A stretch of DNA of 64,000 nt, taken from the NCBI RefSeq assembly GCF_018977255.1, contig NW_024704768.1, positions 2,790,001-2,854,000 of the forward strand. The letters are read 5' to 3'. The stretch comes from Callorhinchus milii (Eukaryota). A program made the position numbers and the translations under genes. Position 1 is the first letter of the stretch; the number at the start of each line of letters is the position of its first letter. Positions 47,832-60,755 of the stretch are shown one piece after another. The notes beneath the pieces were generated by a model, which did not search any database, was not told the origin of the DNA, and saw only the letters and a list, made by a program, of their open reading frames with translations.

Positions 47832-49963
47832 CGCACACATTTTAAATGCTGAAATGTCCGTCAGTTGTCTTTGGTCCGGATCTCTTGCCTCAAAAAGCTT
47901 CCATGTCCGTGCAATTGTTCCTATTTATTCCCAAGTTGAACCTCTTACAATCCCGAAGATCAGTCAAAGGGATTTTGGTTCGTCAGTCATTGGGAGCATT
48001 AGGAAACCCATGACCGTTGCTTAAGAGTCTCCGAACCCAACTGAAATGCTCTCTCTGTCTCTTTCTCTCTCCTGGGAGGGACGCCCCCTGCTTTACCTAA
48101 TTCCAATGAGTATGAGGCACAGGTTGACAAGAGCCAAGGCTTGGGGGGAGCCCAGGGTATGCGTTGGGGGTGGGGGGAGTGGGGGGGGGGGTAACTGCTG
48201 GAGTAACTGCTAAAACCGCATGACTTGCCATTGAGAGCGCGGTCTGGTAAGCTATCCCGAGAGTCTGGACTGATCGTTAATCAGTCGTGCCCCGGAGTGT
48301 GGCTGCCATACATTGAGGGACATTCACCATTTCCTCCCTTGACTCATCTCGTTCTACAATGGCACCTGCTCCCCACCCAGCATTGTGTCTTTTTTCCCCC
48401 TATTCTTGTACACCTTGGCTCCCACTTCTGAACCAGGAGACAATGTTCAAGGATGAAAGGAACAATGAGGGTGAAGCGGATTTCACAATGAGGTCTTTAC
48501 TTCACCAGGTGTCGGCCCGGCTCAACAGCCGGCGCTCTCGCCTCGTGAGTCAGAAGGTTGTGGGCTCGATCGAGGACACCAAGAACCCAACTGTAGGAGA
48601 GAGGGAGAGTCACACTCGGAAAACAAAACTTGAGCAGTAGTTTGGACAAAAAAAAAGAAATTTATTTCAACCAAGAAACTACCTCTTTACGTCCGTCTTC
48701 TCTACGCTCTCCCCTCGTACTCCCAAGCCCCCATCTTTATATTGGAGACGCTCTGGGACCCACGTGAGTGGAGTCAGATAAGTACAAGTTGTTGTTGCTT
48801 CTGTTGGGGCTCAATTATGCCTGAGTTCTGATGGATGGATGGATCTCGCCTCATCCTGTGGCATTCCTTTTGAAAACTGCGGACTTATAAAGTCTCGCAG
48901 AGTGTCAGGATGAGTTCCCGGGACTGGTGCATGTTGATTGCACAGTACAGTACGATACAGATTTATACCGACATGGCACCTTTCACGTCAGGAGGACTAA
49001 CAGACGTGGCGATTAATAGTCCTAAATGGTCGCCCGAGCTGGGGGTGGGAACGGGGAGGGGACAGATGACCGGAAGAGGTGTTTCTTGAGACCGACGTTG
49101 AATTTGGTGAGGGAACAAGTCTGACCATTAAGCTACAGGACTCCATAGTTTTTCCGGATGTAATAACCCCTTCAAAACGACAACCAACATTTTTTAGACG
49201 TGGTCACTCAATCAATCCACGGCTGTTTGCGCGGGGTGGGGGGACGCTGCTGTGCGCAATTGGCTGCCGCGTTTCGCCCACAAAATACGCGGTCAATTCA
49301 CTTTGCGGTGTATCCTGCGAAGCGCTTCGAGACATCTCGAAGACCTGATGAGGCGACGTTTCAAATGTAAGGTCTCCCCCTTCCCGGGAATCGAATCCGG
49401 GTCTCTTCATTGGAGAGGCGAACTCTAGACGTTACTGGGATTAATGGATAATAATATTAATAATATAAAATAAACCTTACATTTAATACAGCGCCTTTCA
49501 CGTCAGGAGGGCCTCTCAAAGTACTTAACAGGTAATACTGTAAAAAGGGTGACTTCTCTGCGGCTGAACCCGGCGGCCAATTTGCTCACCGCACAAGTCT
49601 CACAAGTAAGCCGTGAATTAACACGTTCTGTTGAATAAAATGGAGGTTCGATGGGCTGATGGGTCTCCTCCTGTCCTTGCTTTTCCGTGTTCCTAAAACA
49701 GACACAAGTCCGCCCTTGAGGCAAGGGAAATCGCAAAGGGGCAAAGGGTAGCGGCTCTGTAGCCTAACCACCAGGTGTCAGTGCTGCTCGAGAAGATGGA
49801 GCTAATCTGTGACCTCACCCTCAATCCCTGTTCCTGTGTGATACAAATCCTTAGGCCGTCAGGAGAACATCCCAAATAATGCCCTGGAGCTCATATAGTC
49901 TACAGGGACTTTCCAATGTCGTGCTGGGGGAAGTGATGCTCTATGGAACGCCACTCTGACTCG

Positions 49964-50398
49964 AGTCCTGTAGCTCAGTGGTTAGAGCTCTCGCCTCGCA
50001 AGCGAGAGGACCCGGGTTCGGTTCCCGGGCGGGTCGGGTCGGGTCAGGGCGAAACATTGGGCTAAATTTCCTCACTCCACGCACACACACGCGCACACAC
50101 ACGCACACACACGCACACACACAAATGCCTCTGTTTGTCCAACAGTAAGTGGGAACCCGGGTTGTTAGTCGATTGGCGGAACGCTTTTCCTGGGGTAATT
50201 AATCCCTTCCAAATAAAAATAATAATCAATTGGTCGCTTGGCTCCACGACTGTTTGCGGGGACCCTGCTGTGCGCAATTGGCTGCCGCGTTTCACCCACA
50301 AACTACACAGTCACTGCACTTTACCGTATATCCTGTGAAGCGCTTTGAGACGTCTCGAAGACGTCTTAAGACGCTGTATCAAATGCAAAGATTATTAT
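49964..50398 (+). mobile_element. tRNA-derived SINE, long subfamily
   Basis: gagtcctgtagctcagtggttagagc head; internal (CA)n; tail tcaaatgcaaagattatta. Confidence 0.85.
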
Positions 50399-50839
50399 AT
50401 GACTTGCTCGCTCCCTCCCCCAAGAGAGGCCTCGAAACTCACCTCTTTTGACTGCACTTTCAGCGGTCCTCGCCCCCTCCACTCCACCATCGGCGGCCAT
50501 GCTATCAGCCACTACGCCCCAAAGCTCCCTCCTTCAATCCTTTCACCTTGCTGCTTCCCCTCGTCCATCCTTCTTCAGAGCACGCCCTGAAGCCCTTCCT
50601 CTTCGACCGCGCCTCGGGTCACCTCCCCTCTCTCCCAGGCTCAGAGTTGTGCTCCAACAACAACAACTTGCACTTAATACAGCGCCCTTCACGTGGAGTA
50701 GCGTCCTGGAGCGCTTAACGGTGGCCGAGTCTGACAACAGCAGTGTTGAGCGCTCTGAGATGCTATCCAGTGTGAAGAACGCTACATAAGTGCAAGGCGG
50801 TGTTGAGCAGTTTGCATTGTATTGAAGACCCGGTGGGAA

Positions 50840-51215
50840 TAACGTCTTCGAGACGTCTCAAAGCGCTTCGCAGGATACGCCGTAAAGCGAATTGACTGTA
50901 TATTTTGTGGGCGAAAGCCGGCAGCCGATTGCGCACAGCGGCGTCCCCCGCAAACAGCCGCGGATGGATGGAAGTGACCAAATTATTATTATTTTCTTCA
51001 TTTATTTTTGATTGGAAGGGATTATTACCACCCCTCTCCCAGAAAGTGAGACACCATTCGACTAACAACCGGGTTCCTACTCACTGCTGGACAAACGGAG
51101 GCGCGTGTGTGGAGTAAGGAAACTTGCCCAACGATTCGCCCCGACCTGACCCACCTGGGAATCGAACCCAGGTCCTCTCGCTCGCGAGGCGATTGCTCTG
51201 ACCCGCTGAGCTGCA
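50840..51215 (-). mobile_element. tRNA-derived SINE, long subfamily
   Basis: Reverse complement of the 49964 element. Confidence 0.8.
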
Positions 51216-51269
51216 ATAAACCACGGAGCCACACAATGGAGAGGAAACCCACTGAATTGTCTATAGACC

Positions 51270-51275
51270 TTTATT
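51270..51275 (-). terminator. Polyadenylation signal of copy D
   Basis: AATAAA on the minus strand about 200 nt past the stop codon. Confidence 0.6.
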
Positions 51276-51472
51276 TCAGTTGCACAGTGTGGGCCGTAGG
51301 GGAGGGAAAAGTGGTGGAGAAATCAGCGTTGATCTATCAGTACTCCGAATCATTCCTTCGTATTCCTTCTTCAGGATTCCTTCATGTGATTTTTGTTTTA
51401 ATAATTGAGGTAAAATATCATTGAAATGCATGGACGCCGTAAAAATAAACACATCCCAGCTCTTAATTTCTC

Positions 51473-54400
51473 TCAGTATTCCCCGAGCCTTATGCCGTCC
51501 TGGCTTTCAATGGTCTTGATGATGACAGACTTGGAGCTGCTTCCGCCCATCCTGGCTTCCATCCTGCTGCCCATATCGAATTGTCCACCTGAAACATCGG
51601 CCAACACAATTCCCAATTAGAGAGATCACAAGAGGTCTCACAACAGATCTCACGAGAGGTCCACCCAACAGCTCACCCAACTTACAAGATGTCTCAGATC
51701 TGACCAGATCACATGAGATCACTCAACAGATCACAAAACCTTCTGAGAGACTTCTTTTTCCTCCGCCACCCCCCCACTCCACTCCCCTCACTCCTCCTTC
51801 CCTTAAATTCTGCCATAACATCTTTTTTTTTTTAACCACGCTCGTAATCACCTCCCCCCCCCACCACCTCCTCTCAACGTTCCTCAGCTGCCCCACACGC
51901 ACGCACGCTAATATAACGCCTTATCACGCCTTCGAGACGTCTCAAAGCCACTGAGGAATCTCGCCCGATCTTTTGCCCTGGCCGGGAATCGAACCCAGGT
52001 CCTCTCGCTTGCGAGGCGAGTCCAGGACTCAATTAGCGGCTAGCTAGCAGGTCACTGAGCCTCGGTTTGCAACCTCCCTAGCACGGGGCAACCTGGCTTT
52101 GTCGTTGACGCTAGTGGAACAGTTTTTCTTACTTCTTATTGATTGGTGGACCACGTGCACAGGGTTTCCGAGTCTGAAAGAAAGAGATAAAAGTGAACGA
52201 CTAACTGGAATTTGCGACATCAAGTCGTCAACTGTTTTAGTAAACCGTAGAGCGCACACACGGGTTTATCCCTCTCCCCTTCTCCCTCCGCACCTCTCGT
52301 CACCTGCCCCGGAAATATCTTAAACCAATTTTACAGGCAATTGTTACCCAGCAACTGTGGTGACTGTACTTTGTAGGTGCGTATGTAACATCCCTTTGCA
52401 AACTCCCTGCTCGTCGGCCTCCCCAACTCCTCCCTACCACGGGCTGCAGATCATCCAGAACTCTGCAGCCCGTGTCCTCTCCCGCACCGGGCTCCGTGAC
52501 CCTAAACCCCCCCCATCCCCGCCCGACTCCACTGGCTTCCCATCACACAGAGGATACAGTTCAAGATCTTGGTCCTCACCTTCAAAGCCCTCCATGACCT
52601 TGTCCCCCCCTACCTCTGTGCCCTCCTAACCCTCTACCAACCCGCCCGCTCCCTCCGCTTGTTCCACTCGCGGGTTGTTAATGCCCAACTGAACAGGGCA
52701 GGGATGGGGAGCTCAGATTATAATAATAATAATAATCCTTGCATTTGACCCAACGTCTTCGAGACGTCTCAAAGCGCTTCCCGGGATACGCTGTGAAGTG
52801 AATTGAGTGTACATTTTGTGGGCGAAACACGCGACCGATTTATCATTCATTTTATTATCATTTTTTTTCCCCGAAGGTATATCAGCAGCTCTAATTAATT
52901 GAGGGTTACCTGCTCTCCTCGCCCTCCAGGAGCTTTTTGTACGTGGCAATTTCGATGTCCAGGGCCAGTTTGATGTTCATCAATTCCTGATATTCTTTAA
53001 TCTTCTTCATCATCTCCTTCTTGAGCTTCTCCAGGGCTTCAATAATTAGGCTGATGCGTTTTTTGGCTTCTGCGACAGCCATATCTCCGCGCTCTTCGGC
53101 CTCTACAATCGCAGACTCCATCTTCTGTTTCTGTGGCAAAGAGGACGGAACGGAGAGGGTCAGCACCAAACAAAACCCGTGAGTCTTTGCGGCCGTGTCA
53201 CTTTGACGCTTACTCCGACATTCGCGCGTTTCTGTCATCGGTGACAATCTTTGCATTTGATGACAGCGCCTCATCGCGCCTCAAAGAGCTAAAGTGAAGT
53301 GACCGTGAAGTGTTTCGTGGGGGAAACGCGGCAGCCAATTGCTCACAGCAGTCGTGGATTGAGCGACCAAATTAGTATCATTTGGATTTAGTTTTTCGGA
53401 GGGATTATTACCCCCGGAAAAGCCATCCGCCAATTGACTAACAACCGGGTTCCTACTTACTGCCGGGTAAACAGAGGCGAGTGTGCGCGCGTGTGTGCGG
53501 AGTAAGGAAACTTGCCCAACGTGTCACCCTGACCCCAGAATCGAAACCAGGTCCTCTCGCTTGCGAGGCGAGAGGCTCTAACCACTGAGCTACCGGATAC
53601 CGTTAAGCACTCACGGCAAGAGGCCAAGAGAAAAATAAAAGAGAGCGAGTGGCGTCTAAAGAGGCTTGAGGCCTTTCTCGTGACTAGAGTGACTCTCACC
53701 TGTTGTTTCAAAAGATCTATCTCCGAGTTCAATCTTAAGGTGTGTCTTCCCATGTCCGTTATGTCGATTTTCATGATCCTCAGTTCATCCGTGTAATTCC
53801 CGGCATCTTTCTTGATGCTCTCCACCTGAAACGGAAATTCTTTACTTAAGCGTTGCCGGTCGATAAGCCCGAACCATCCGAGGGCAAATAGAAAGTGATC
53901 GAGGAGGAAATCTTTGGGCGTTTGTGGTTATTTGTGGCCAGTTTCATGTCCTCTGCCCTCCTCATCTCACCATCGGTTGGGCTTCCAGCCTATCTGCCCC
54001 TTACCCTTTACTACTACTATACTAATAAATAATAATAATCTATGTATTTGATATAGTGCCTTATCACACCAGTGAGACGTCTCAAAGCTCTTCCCAGGGT
54101 ACACTGTAAAGTGAATTGAGGGTATATTTTATGGACGAAACTCGGCAGCTCCTACCCTCAGCCCAGCCAGGAACGTCAAGCGCTTTGAGATGTCCTCCAG
54201 GCGTGAAAGGATTTTAACGTGAAGTGCAATGGCTGTGATACAGTTCAAGATCCTGGTCCTCGCCTTCAAAGCCCTCCACCACCTTGCTCCTCCCTACCCC
54301 GGTGACCTCCTAACCCACTAACAGCCTGTCCGTTCCCTCTGCTCAGCGGGCCCCGGCCTGCTTCACGTCCGCTGCCTTGCCCTCCGCTGACGGGCCGTCA

Positions 54401-57400
54401 GCCTCTCTGCCCTTACCCTCTAGAACTCCATCCCACAGTCCCTCTGCCTCGCCTCCTCCCCTCGCCTCCTACAAGACCCATCTCAAGTACCTCCTCCTCG
54501 ATGGCACCTTCGGTCGCCCTCCTACCCTTTACCCTGCCCGCCCTCCACCCCCCTCCTGATCCCAACCACCAGCTCGAGTACAGACCCTCGACTGTCCAGA
54601 GCCTTGGGACGTCCTCCTGACGTGAAAGGCGCTGTGTAAATGTCACGTGTTGTTGTGTTTTGTAGGTGAGCGTGAGAGCCAATTTGTGCACCGCAACGTC
54701 TGACAAACAGCCATGTGGTGTGTGCGTGTGTCTCACCTTCATCTCATTATCCAAGGAAACCTCAGTTTTCATCTTGCCGATCATCACGTCATACTGACCA
54801 CGGACCTCGCCGATGATGCTGGTCAGGTCAAGCTTACGGTTGTTGTCGACCTCAATAAGTACGTTCGTGCTATTGATCTGCTCGGACAGCTCATTGAGCT
54901 CCTGCCAGAGGCGTCCGCAGAGAGAGAGAGAGAGAGAGAGAGCGGGAGAGGGAGAGGAGAGAGGGAGAGTAAGAGAGTGGGGAAAGGGGGAAAAAATATT
55001 AAACATGCTGCATCTTAACCAACCGGACATGCGAGTTTCAACCTCCCAGTTTCTGTCGAAAGCCGAGCACAGCCATTTCCTCCAACGCCTCTCCTCCCAC
55101 CTCAACCTTCAAGGTTCTGTCCTTGACTGGTTCAGGTCCTGCCTTTCACGCCGCCTCTACTTCATCGCGGCAAACGGCTTCTCCTCCACCCCCCCGGCAC
55201 TGTCTCGTGCGGTGTTCCTCAGGGCTCTGTCCTCGGTCCCCTCCTCTTCACCCTCTACATGCCCCCCCTTTGGTGACGTCATCCGCGGACATGGGATCTC
55301 CAACTTGCACCAGAACAAGGCACAGACCGGATAAACGTTTCAGCCGAAGGCTCGGGTCGGTATTTACCGTGGTAAAGCTAACTTTCAGGTATTCCAGCTC
55401 CTCGGAAAGGGCTTCGCGTTTGGCCTCCAGTCTGATCCTGTTGAGCTGGCTCTCATCGCAGTCCTGCACGGCAACGGGAGGGTTAAACAACGACGATTTT
55501 ACATTTACATAGCGGCGGAAAGGATGTCTCGAAAGCGCTTCGCTTTGGGAGCTGAGGGAGGTAGTGTGTTGGGGGGGGGGGGTTTGAGGGGGCTTGTAGG
55601 GTGGGTGGGTGGGTGGGGGGGGGGGAAGGTGACAAAGAATACAGTCGAAAATCCAGATGTTTGAACGTAAGGAGTCCATGATGGAATTAATAGCGAGGCG
55701 GGGGTCACGAGGTGGATTTAAGATGGATTTTAAAAGCTTCTTTGGGGCAGTCGGGGGCATCCGTGGAAACCCATCACCGTTGCTTAAGAGTATCCAAACC
55801 GAGCTGACGCATGGAAATCCCAGAGATATTTATTGGAATGGAATGTGCGCACTCTCTCTCTCTCTCTCTCTCTCTCCCTCCCTCTCCCTGGAGGGATGCG
55901 CCCCGCTTGCCTAATTCCGGAGAGCATGAGGCGCAGGCTGGCGAGTTGGGATAACTGCTGGAGTCTAACCAGCTCAGACCGCACAGCTCGCCATCGATAG
56001 CGCCGTCCGGCTAAGCTTTCCCGCTGGTTGTCCCGTTAGGATTTTAAGAGTGAGGGGTTGCATGACTCGGGCACGAGGGAGGGGAACAATAAGATAGGCA
56101 ATGGGGGAATTTACTGCTTAGCAGCCCTCACTTGATTTCCCCCCCTCTCCCAATCCCTCCTCGAACCCACCTTCTTGATGAGGACAAATTCATTCTCCCT
56201 GTCGGTGCGAAGGTTGATTTCGTCTTCGTACCTTTGAAGTTGAAACGGGAAACGATTTTATTGAACAATGCTAATAATAATCCCGGCATCTGACACGGCG
56301 CCTTATCACGTCTTCGAGGCGCCTCAAAGCGCTTCACAGATTAGGCTGCAAAGTGTAGTGACGGTGTATTTGGTGGGCGAAACCTGGCAGCCAATGGCGC
56401 ACAGCATCGGCCCCACAAACATTGAGCGACCAAATTATTATTGGTTAGGTTTTTTGATATAGATCCACTTCCCGTCGTTTAAAGTCCAGGTTTGTTTCAA
56501 AACCCCATAGATTGGGGCGTTGTCTTTTTGGTGGTTCAAAAATCTATTGCGTCAATTGAAATAGTCTTATTGCCCCCGAGTCAATAATTGATGGAGTTCG
56601 TCTTTGCCTTCACTTCCCGATCACTGCCTTTGTCTCTCTATCTAACTGATCTCAAAGCCCTCAGATTCCATCTGGTCGTAACTTGTGGTCATAAAACATT
56701 TAGGATCAGGTGAGGAGCTCGCTGGTTTGAATTTACCAGGACGTTACCAGGAATGAGGGGCTTCAGTTATGAGGAGAGGCGAGAGAAGCGAGGATGATTC
56801 TCCTGGGAGCAGAGAAGGTTAAGGGGAGATTTAATAGAGCTGTTCAAAATTACGAAGGGATTCGATGGGGTCAACACGGAGAAACTTTCCACTGGCGGGT
56901 GGGTGGGTAACCTGAGGACACCAATTTAAACGGTTGCCAAAAGAACCAGAGGTGGAGGTGAAGAGACGTTTTTTCCACCCAGCGAGTTGTTGGGATCAGG
57001 AACGCATTGCCTGAAAGGGCGGTGGAAGCCGATTCGATAAGAGCTTTCCAAGCGAGAAGTAGATGGACATTTGGGGAGGACAAGTTTGCAGGGAATTTGG
57101 GTCTTTAAAAGGACATTAGTCCTGACGTGATAAGGCGTTGCATCAAATCCTTGGATTTAATAAAACCCCTTATCACTTCAGGAGGAACTTCCAATCCGCT
57201 TTACATTATATACCATAAAGTTTAGTGACTGAGTGGATAAAACGTGGCAGTCAATTGCACACGGCAGCACCCCACAAACAGCCGGGGATTGAGTGACCAC
57301 ACTTTGTCCCTGATTATTACCCCTTGAAGGCCATCCATCAATCGATTAACAACCGGGTTCCTTCTTAGTGCAAGTTAAACAAGAGGCACGTGTGCGTAGA

Positions 57401-58059
57401 GTAAGGAAACTTGCCCAAGTTTTTGCCCTGCCTACCCAGGAACCGAAGCTGGGTCCTCTCGCTTGCGAGGCGAGTGCTCTAACCACTATGTTACGGGGCT
57501 CCATATTTGGGAGATTGTTGGCCAGGACTCGTATTTGATAATATATATTAATCTATAATTATATATTGTGTATATATATATATATAGAGAGAGAGAGAGC
57601 TTTCAAGGTACCTGTTCTTGCAGTCTTCCACCAGTGCTTGGGCGCCCTCCAAGTTGAGAGTCAAACTGAGTTTCTCGTTAGTTAAGGAGTCGATCTTCTG
57701 TTTGAGATACTGACAGTAATTGTGGAACAAGACATCCACATCGTTGCCACCAGATTTTCTCTTTTGCAGTTCTTTCAGCTTTTTATCCAACAGCACGTTC
57801 TGCTGCTCGAGGAAGCACACCTGAGAGACAAAAAAAAGAGAGTCGCGAGAGCGTTAACACGCACGAGGAGCTTTTTCTTTTTCGGGGGAGGTGGGGTGGG
57901 GTGGGGCAAAAAATAAAGTCAGATTTGACGGGATCGGTTAATAATCTGTCTGCGTGTTTTGCCGGCACTCGCGGAAGCCAATGTGCGTCCGTGCAAACCG
58001 CTGTGAGCTGAACGGATCTCAGGGGATTGTCGGCTCGGAGACCGAGAGAGAGAGAGACC

Positions 58060-58101
<42 letters not shown>

Positions 58102-58824
58102 CATTCCCTTCTCTTTTCCAACAGTGTCGCGGGATTTTTAAAGCCCACGGATTAGGAATTTTTTCAGGCGGGACTTGAAAAGGGGAGAGAGTGGGGGTGG
58201 GGGGCAAGACGGTCGGATTGAGGGAGAGTGTTCCAGAGTTTCGGGGCGCGACCTCCGACGGTGGAGCGAGGGAGTGAGGAGGTTGGAGAGGTAGGGAGGT
58301 GCCAGGGAGTGAAGGGACGGCACCTCTGACCAGGTAGCAGTCACTCTGCCACACGGTAATAACAGTAATAAGAATAATAATTATACTCGCATTCGACACA
58401 GCGCCTGATCACGTCTTCGAGACGTCTCGAAGCGCTTCACGGGACACACACGCGCGCGCGCGGTCAAGGGAATCGTACTGCGGATCTTGCGAGCGAAACG
58501 AAAGCCACTTAACGAGAATTTGCCGGCGGTTCGGAAAAAGGTCAAATCAAACGAGCGGCCGACCTTTTGGATGAAGGATGCGAATTGGTTGTTCAAGCCT
58601 TTAATCTGCTCCTTCTCCTGGACGCGGGAGTCCTGGAACGCCGAGAAGGACAGGTGGGGCTCGTAGCTCACGCTGACACCCATCGACGGCCTGACGGCCA
58701 AGAGGTTCGCACCCCCTCGGGAGAAACCCGACGACTGGGAGGAGAAACTCAACCGCTTGTTGCCCGAGGTGGGCACGAGAGAACGGCTGCTGCTGGACAT
58801 GTAGCTGGTGCTGCGTCTTGACAT
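51473..58824 (-). CDS. Divergent type II keratin, copy D; intact, 431 aa
   Basis: Exons: 58824-58564 (261), 57820-57612 (209), 56231-56171 (61), 55463-55368 (96), 54901-54737 (165), 53825-53700 (126), 53130-52910 (221), 52173-52133 (41), 51588-51473 (116); total 1296 nt in frame. Motifs [58 protein letters not shown]; tail [11 protein letters not shown]. Confidence 0.93.
51620..51735. repeat. Degenerate ~12-bp minisatellite (agatcacaa/agatctcac units) in the last intron of copy D
   Basis: Repeated AGATC-ACA/TCAC units are visible directly. Confidence 0.5.
53245..53598 (-). mobile_element. tRNA-derived SINE in intron 6 of copy D
   Basis: accactgagctac head; central gggttcctacttactgc; tail tgcatttga. 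Confidence 0.8.
54240..54655 (+). mobile_element. L2 3' fragment in intron 5 of copy D
   Basis: [19 protein letters not shown]; L2 tail with TTG repeats. Confidence 0.8.
55060..55300 (+). mobile_element. L2 RT fragment in intron 4 of copy D
   Basis: [25 protein letters not shown]; [13 protein letters not shown]. Confidence 0.8.
56730..57092 (+). mobile_element. CR1 3' fragment in intron 2 of copy D
   Basis: Homologous to 8900-9265 ([15 protein letters not shown]). Confidence 0.75.
57125..57502 (-). mobile_element. tRNA-derived SINE in intron 2 of copy D
   Basis: Homologous to the long subfamily. Confidence 0.75.
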
Positions 58825-59072
58825 GGTTTTTTTTTTTCCTTTCTCTTCCCCTAAAAGAAACACACGAACCTGACCCAAAAAAAAACCTCAAAAGCTCTTC
58901 CCCCGAAAGAAATATTTCCAGGAAACGATCCAACAAAGTTTTTGTTCCGAAAGAAATCAAACAACACAACACAAAACAAAAGTTGGTCCAAGTCGGGTGG
59001 TGGTGGGGGGGGGAGGGTTTTGCGTGTGTGCCCCGAAGCTACTGAGGTTGGCAAGGGTTGGCGTGTGAGCTG

Positions 59073-59186
59073 TTTATACCTGTTCTTATCACCTCCAATT
59101 GGCCTCAGGGGGTGTCAGATTGCCTTTCAAGCCATATTATTGGTCTCTACTGTTCGACCAATGGATGTTCTCTGGAGGCTATAAAA
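59073..59186. promoter_or_regulatory. Candidate bidirectional core promoter between copy D and the type I keratin
   Basis: Minus-strand TATAAA (tttata 59073-59078) and plus-strand TATAAAA (59180-59186). Palindromic CCAATTGG 59095-59102, ATTGG 59139-59143, CCAAT 59158-59162, GATA site cttatc 59085-59090. Inr-like TCAGT on each side (59206-59210 +, 59045-59041 -). Confidence 0.65.
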
Positions 59187-59361
59187 TTACAGCCTTTCCT
59201 TCCTCTCAGTTTCACTTGTGTTCAAAGTCAGCAGAAGGTTTGCGACTTGTCCAAAACTCTTTCCCCCCCAGAGCTATCTGTCGAGGTTTAGATCCAAGTC
59301 CTCTCTCTAGTCAACCAACTCAACCCTCCTCCCAAACCCTCGACCAGACCATCCTCTAACG

Positions 59362-60723
59362 ATGAGTTTCGAAGTGAGGAACTTCTCAAGCGTGAGCTCT
59401 CGGAATCCCAGGCAGTTAGGTAGTGTGTGGCGCTCAGCCCCTTTGTACGCTGCCAGTGTCCATGGAGGGGGCTTTGGCAATAGGATCTCGGTGTCCCGGG
59501 GCTTTGGGGCTGGTGCCCTAGGCGCGAGTGGGGGTGTGGGAGCCTCTAGGATCCTGAGCAACGAGAAGGAGACCATGCAAGACCTGAACGAGCGTCTGTC
59601 CGCCTACCTGGAGAAGGTCCGCCAGCTGGAGGCTGCCAACAACCACCTGGAAATCGAGATCAAGAAGATCCTCGAGGTCAAGGGTAGCTGCGATCGGAAC
59701 TGGAATGAACAGGAGGACATTCTCAGCAAACTTCGCCAACAGGTCATTTTTTGTTGTTGTTGCAAGCTCTTGCCTTTCCCCCTTTCCCCCAACCCTCTCT
59801 ACACCCCCCCCCACACCCCCCAAAAAAAACTTCTCACTTCCCCCAAATCCCTGAACCCCTTTCTCTCTCTCTCTCTCTCTCTCTCAACTTCCATTACCTT
59901 CACAGTTTGGCTTCTCAGTAATTGTTGACAGTAATTATTATTATTCTTGTTGCTATGAATATAATATTTGCATTTTAATCCCTTCGGACATAATTATTGA
60001 TAATGATAAATGCAGTCGCGCTCTCTCCCACGGCTGCTTTGAGGTTGGCCGCCCGCGTTTCGCCCACGGCGCGCACGCACGCACGCACGGCTTAATCCGC
60101 TTTACGGTGTATCCTGCGCCGTTGAGGCGTTCCGAAGCCGTGATAAGGCGCCGCATCAAATGCGGTGATTATTATTATTTAATATCGCTGCGGCACGGGC
60201 AGCCTTCTCGCGAACGCGGGCCGTCGAGCGGAAGGAGAACTCACAGAGGCAGCGGAAGAGGCTGAGAGGTTTGGCCCGATCTGTCTCACCCCCCCCCGCG
60301 CCCCCCCCCCACCCCCGCCGCCATCACCCCGACTCCCATCCCATCTCTCCCCTTCCCAATCCCACTGAGCAAATCCAACCACTCGTCTGCCCACTCTCTC
60401 CCCCCCCCCCCCGGCAGGCGCCAGGCACCGCGAGATAGCTCTGTGGGGTTTCTCTCCCCCTCCCCACTACCTGCAAAACACTGAGTGTCTGTTGTTTCCG
60501 TCGATTGGGACAGGTTTTTGAGATGATAGTGGAGAACGCCAACCTGGACCTGCAGATCGATAATGCTCAACTGGCTGCTAACGACTTCAAAATCAAGTGA
60601 GTATTTACTTGTCCTTTCACTCGCCTCTCTCTCTCTCTCGCTCTCCCTCCCTCTCCTCTCATATTTCTCCCCTCTTTCAATCTCTCTCTCTCTCTCTCTC
60701 TCGCTCTCTCTCCCTTTTTGTTC

Positions 60724-60755
<32 letters not shown>

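Noticed and set aside
59132-59143. CCATATTATTGG as a CArG (SRF) box
   Set aside because: It has eight central A/T bases instead of six; counted only as an inverted CCAAT.
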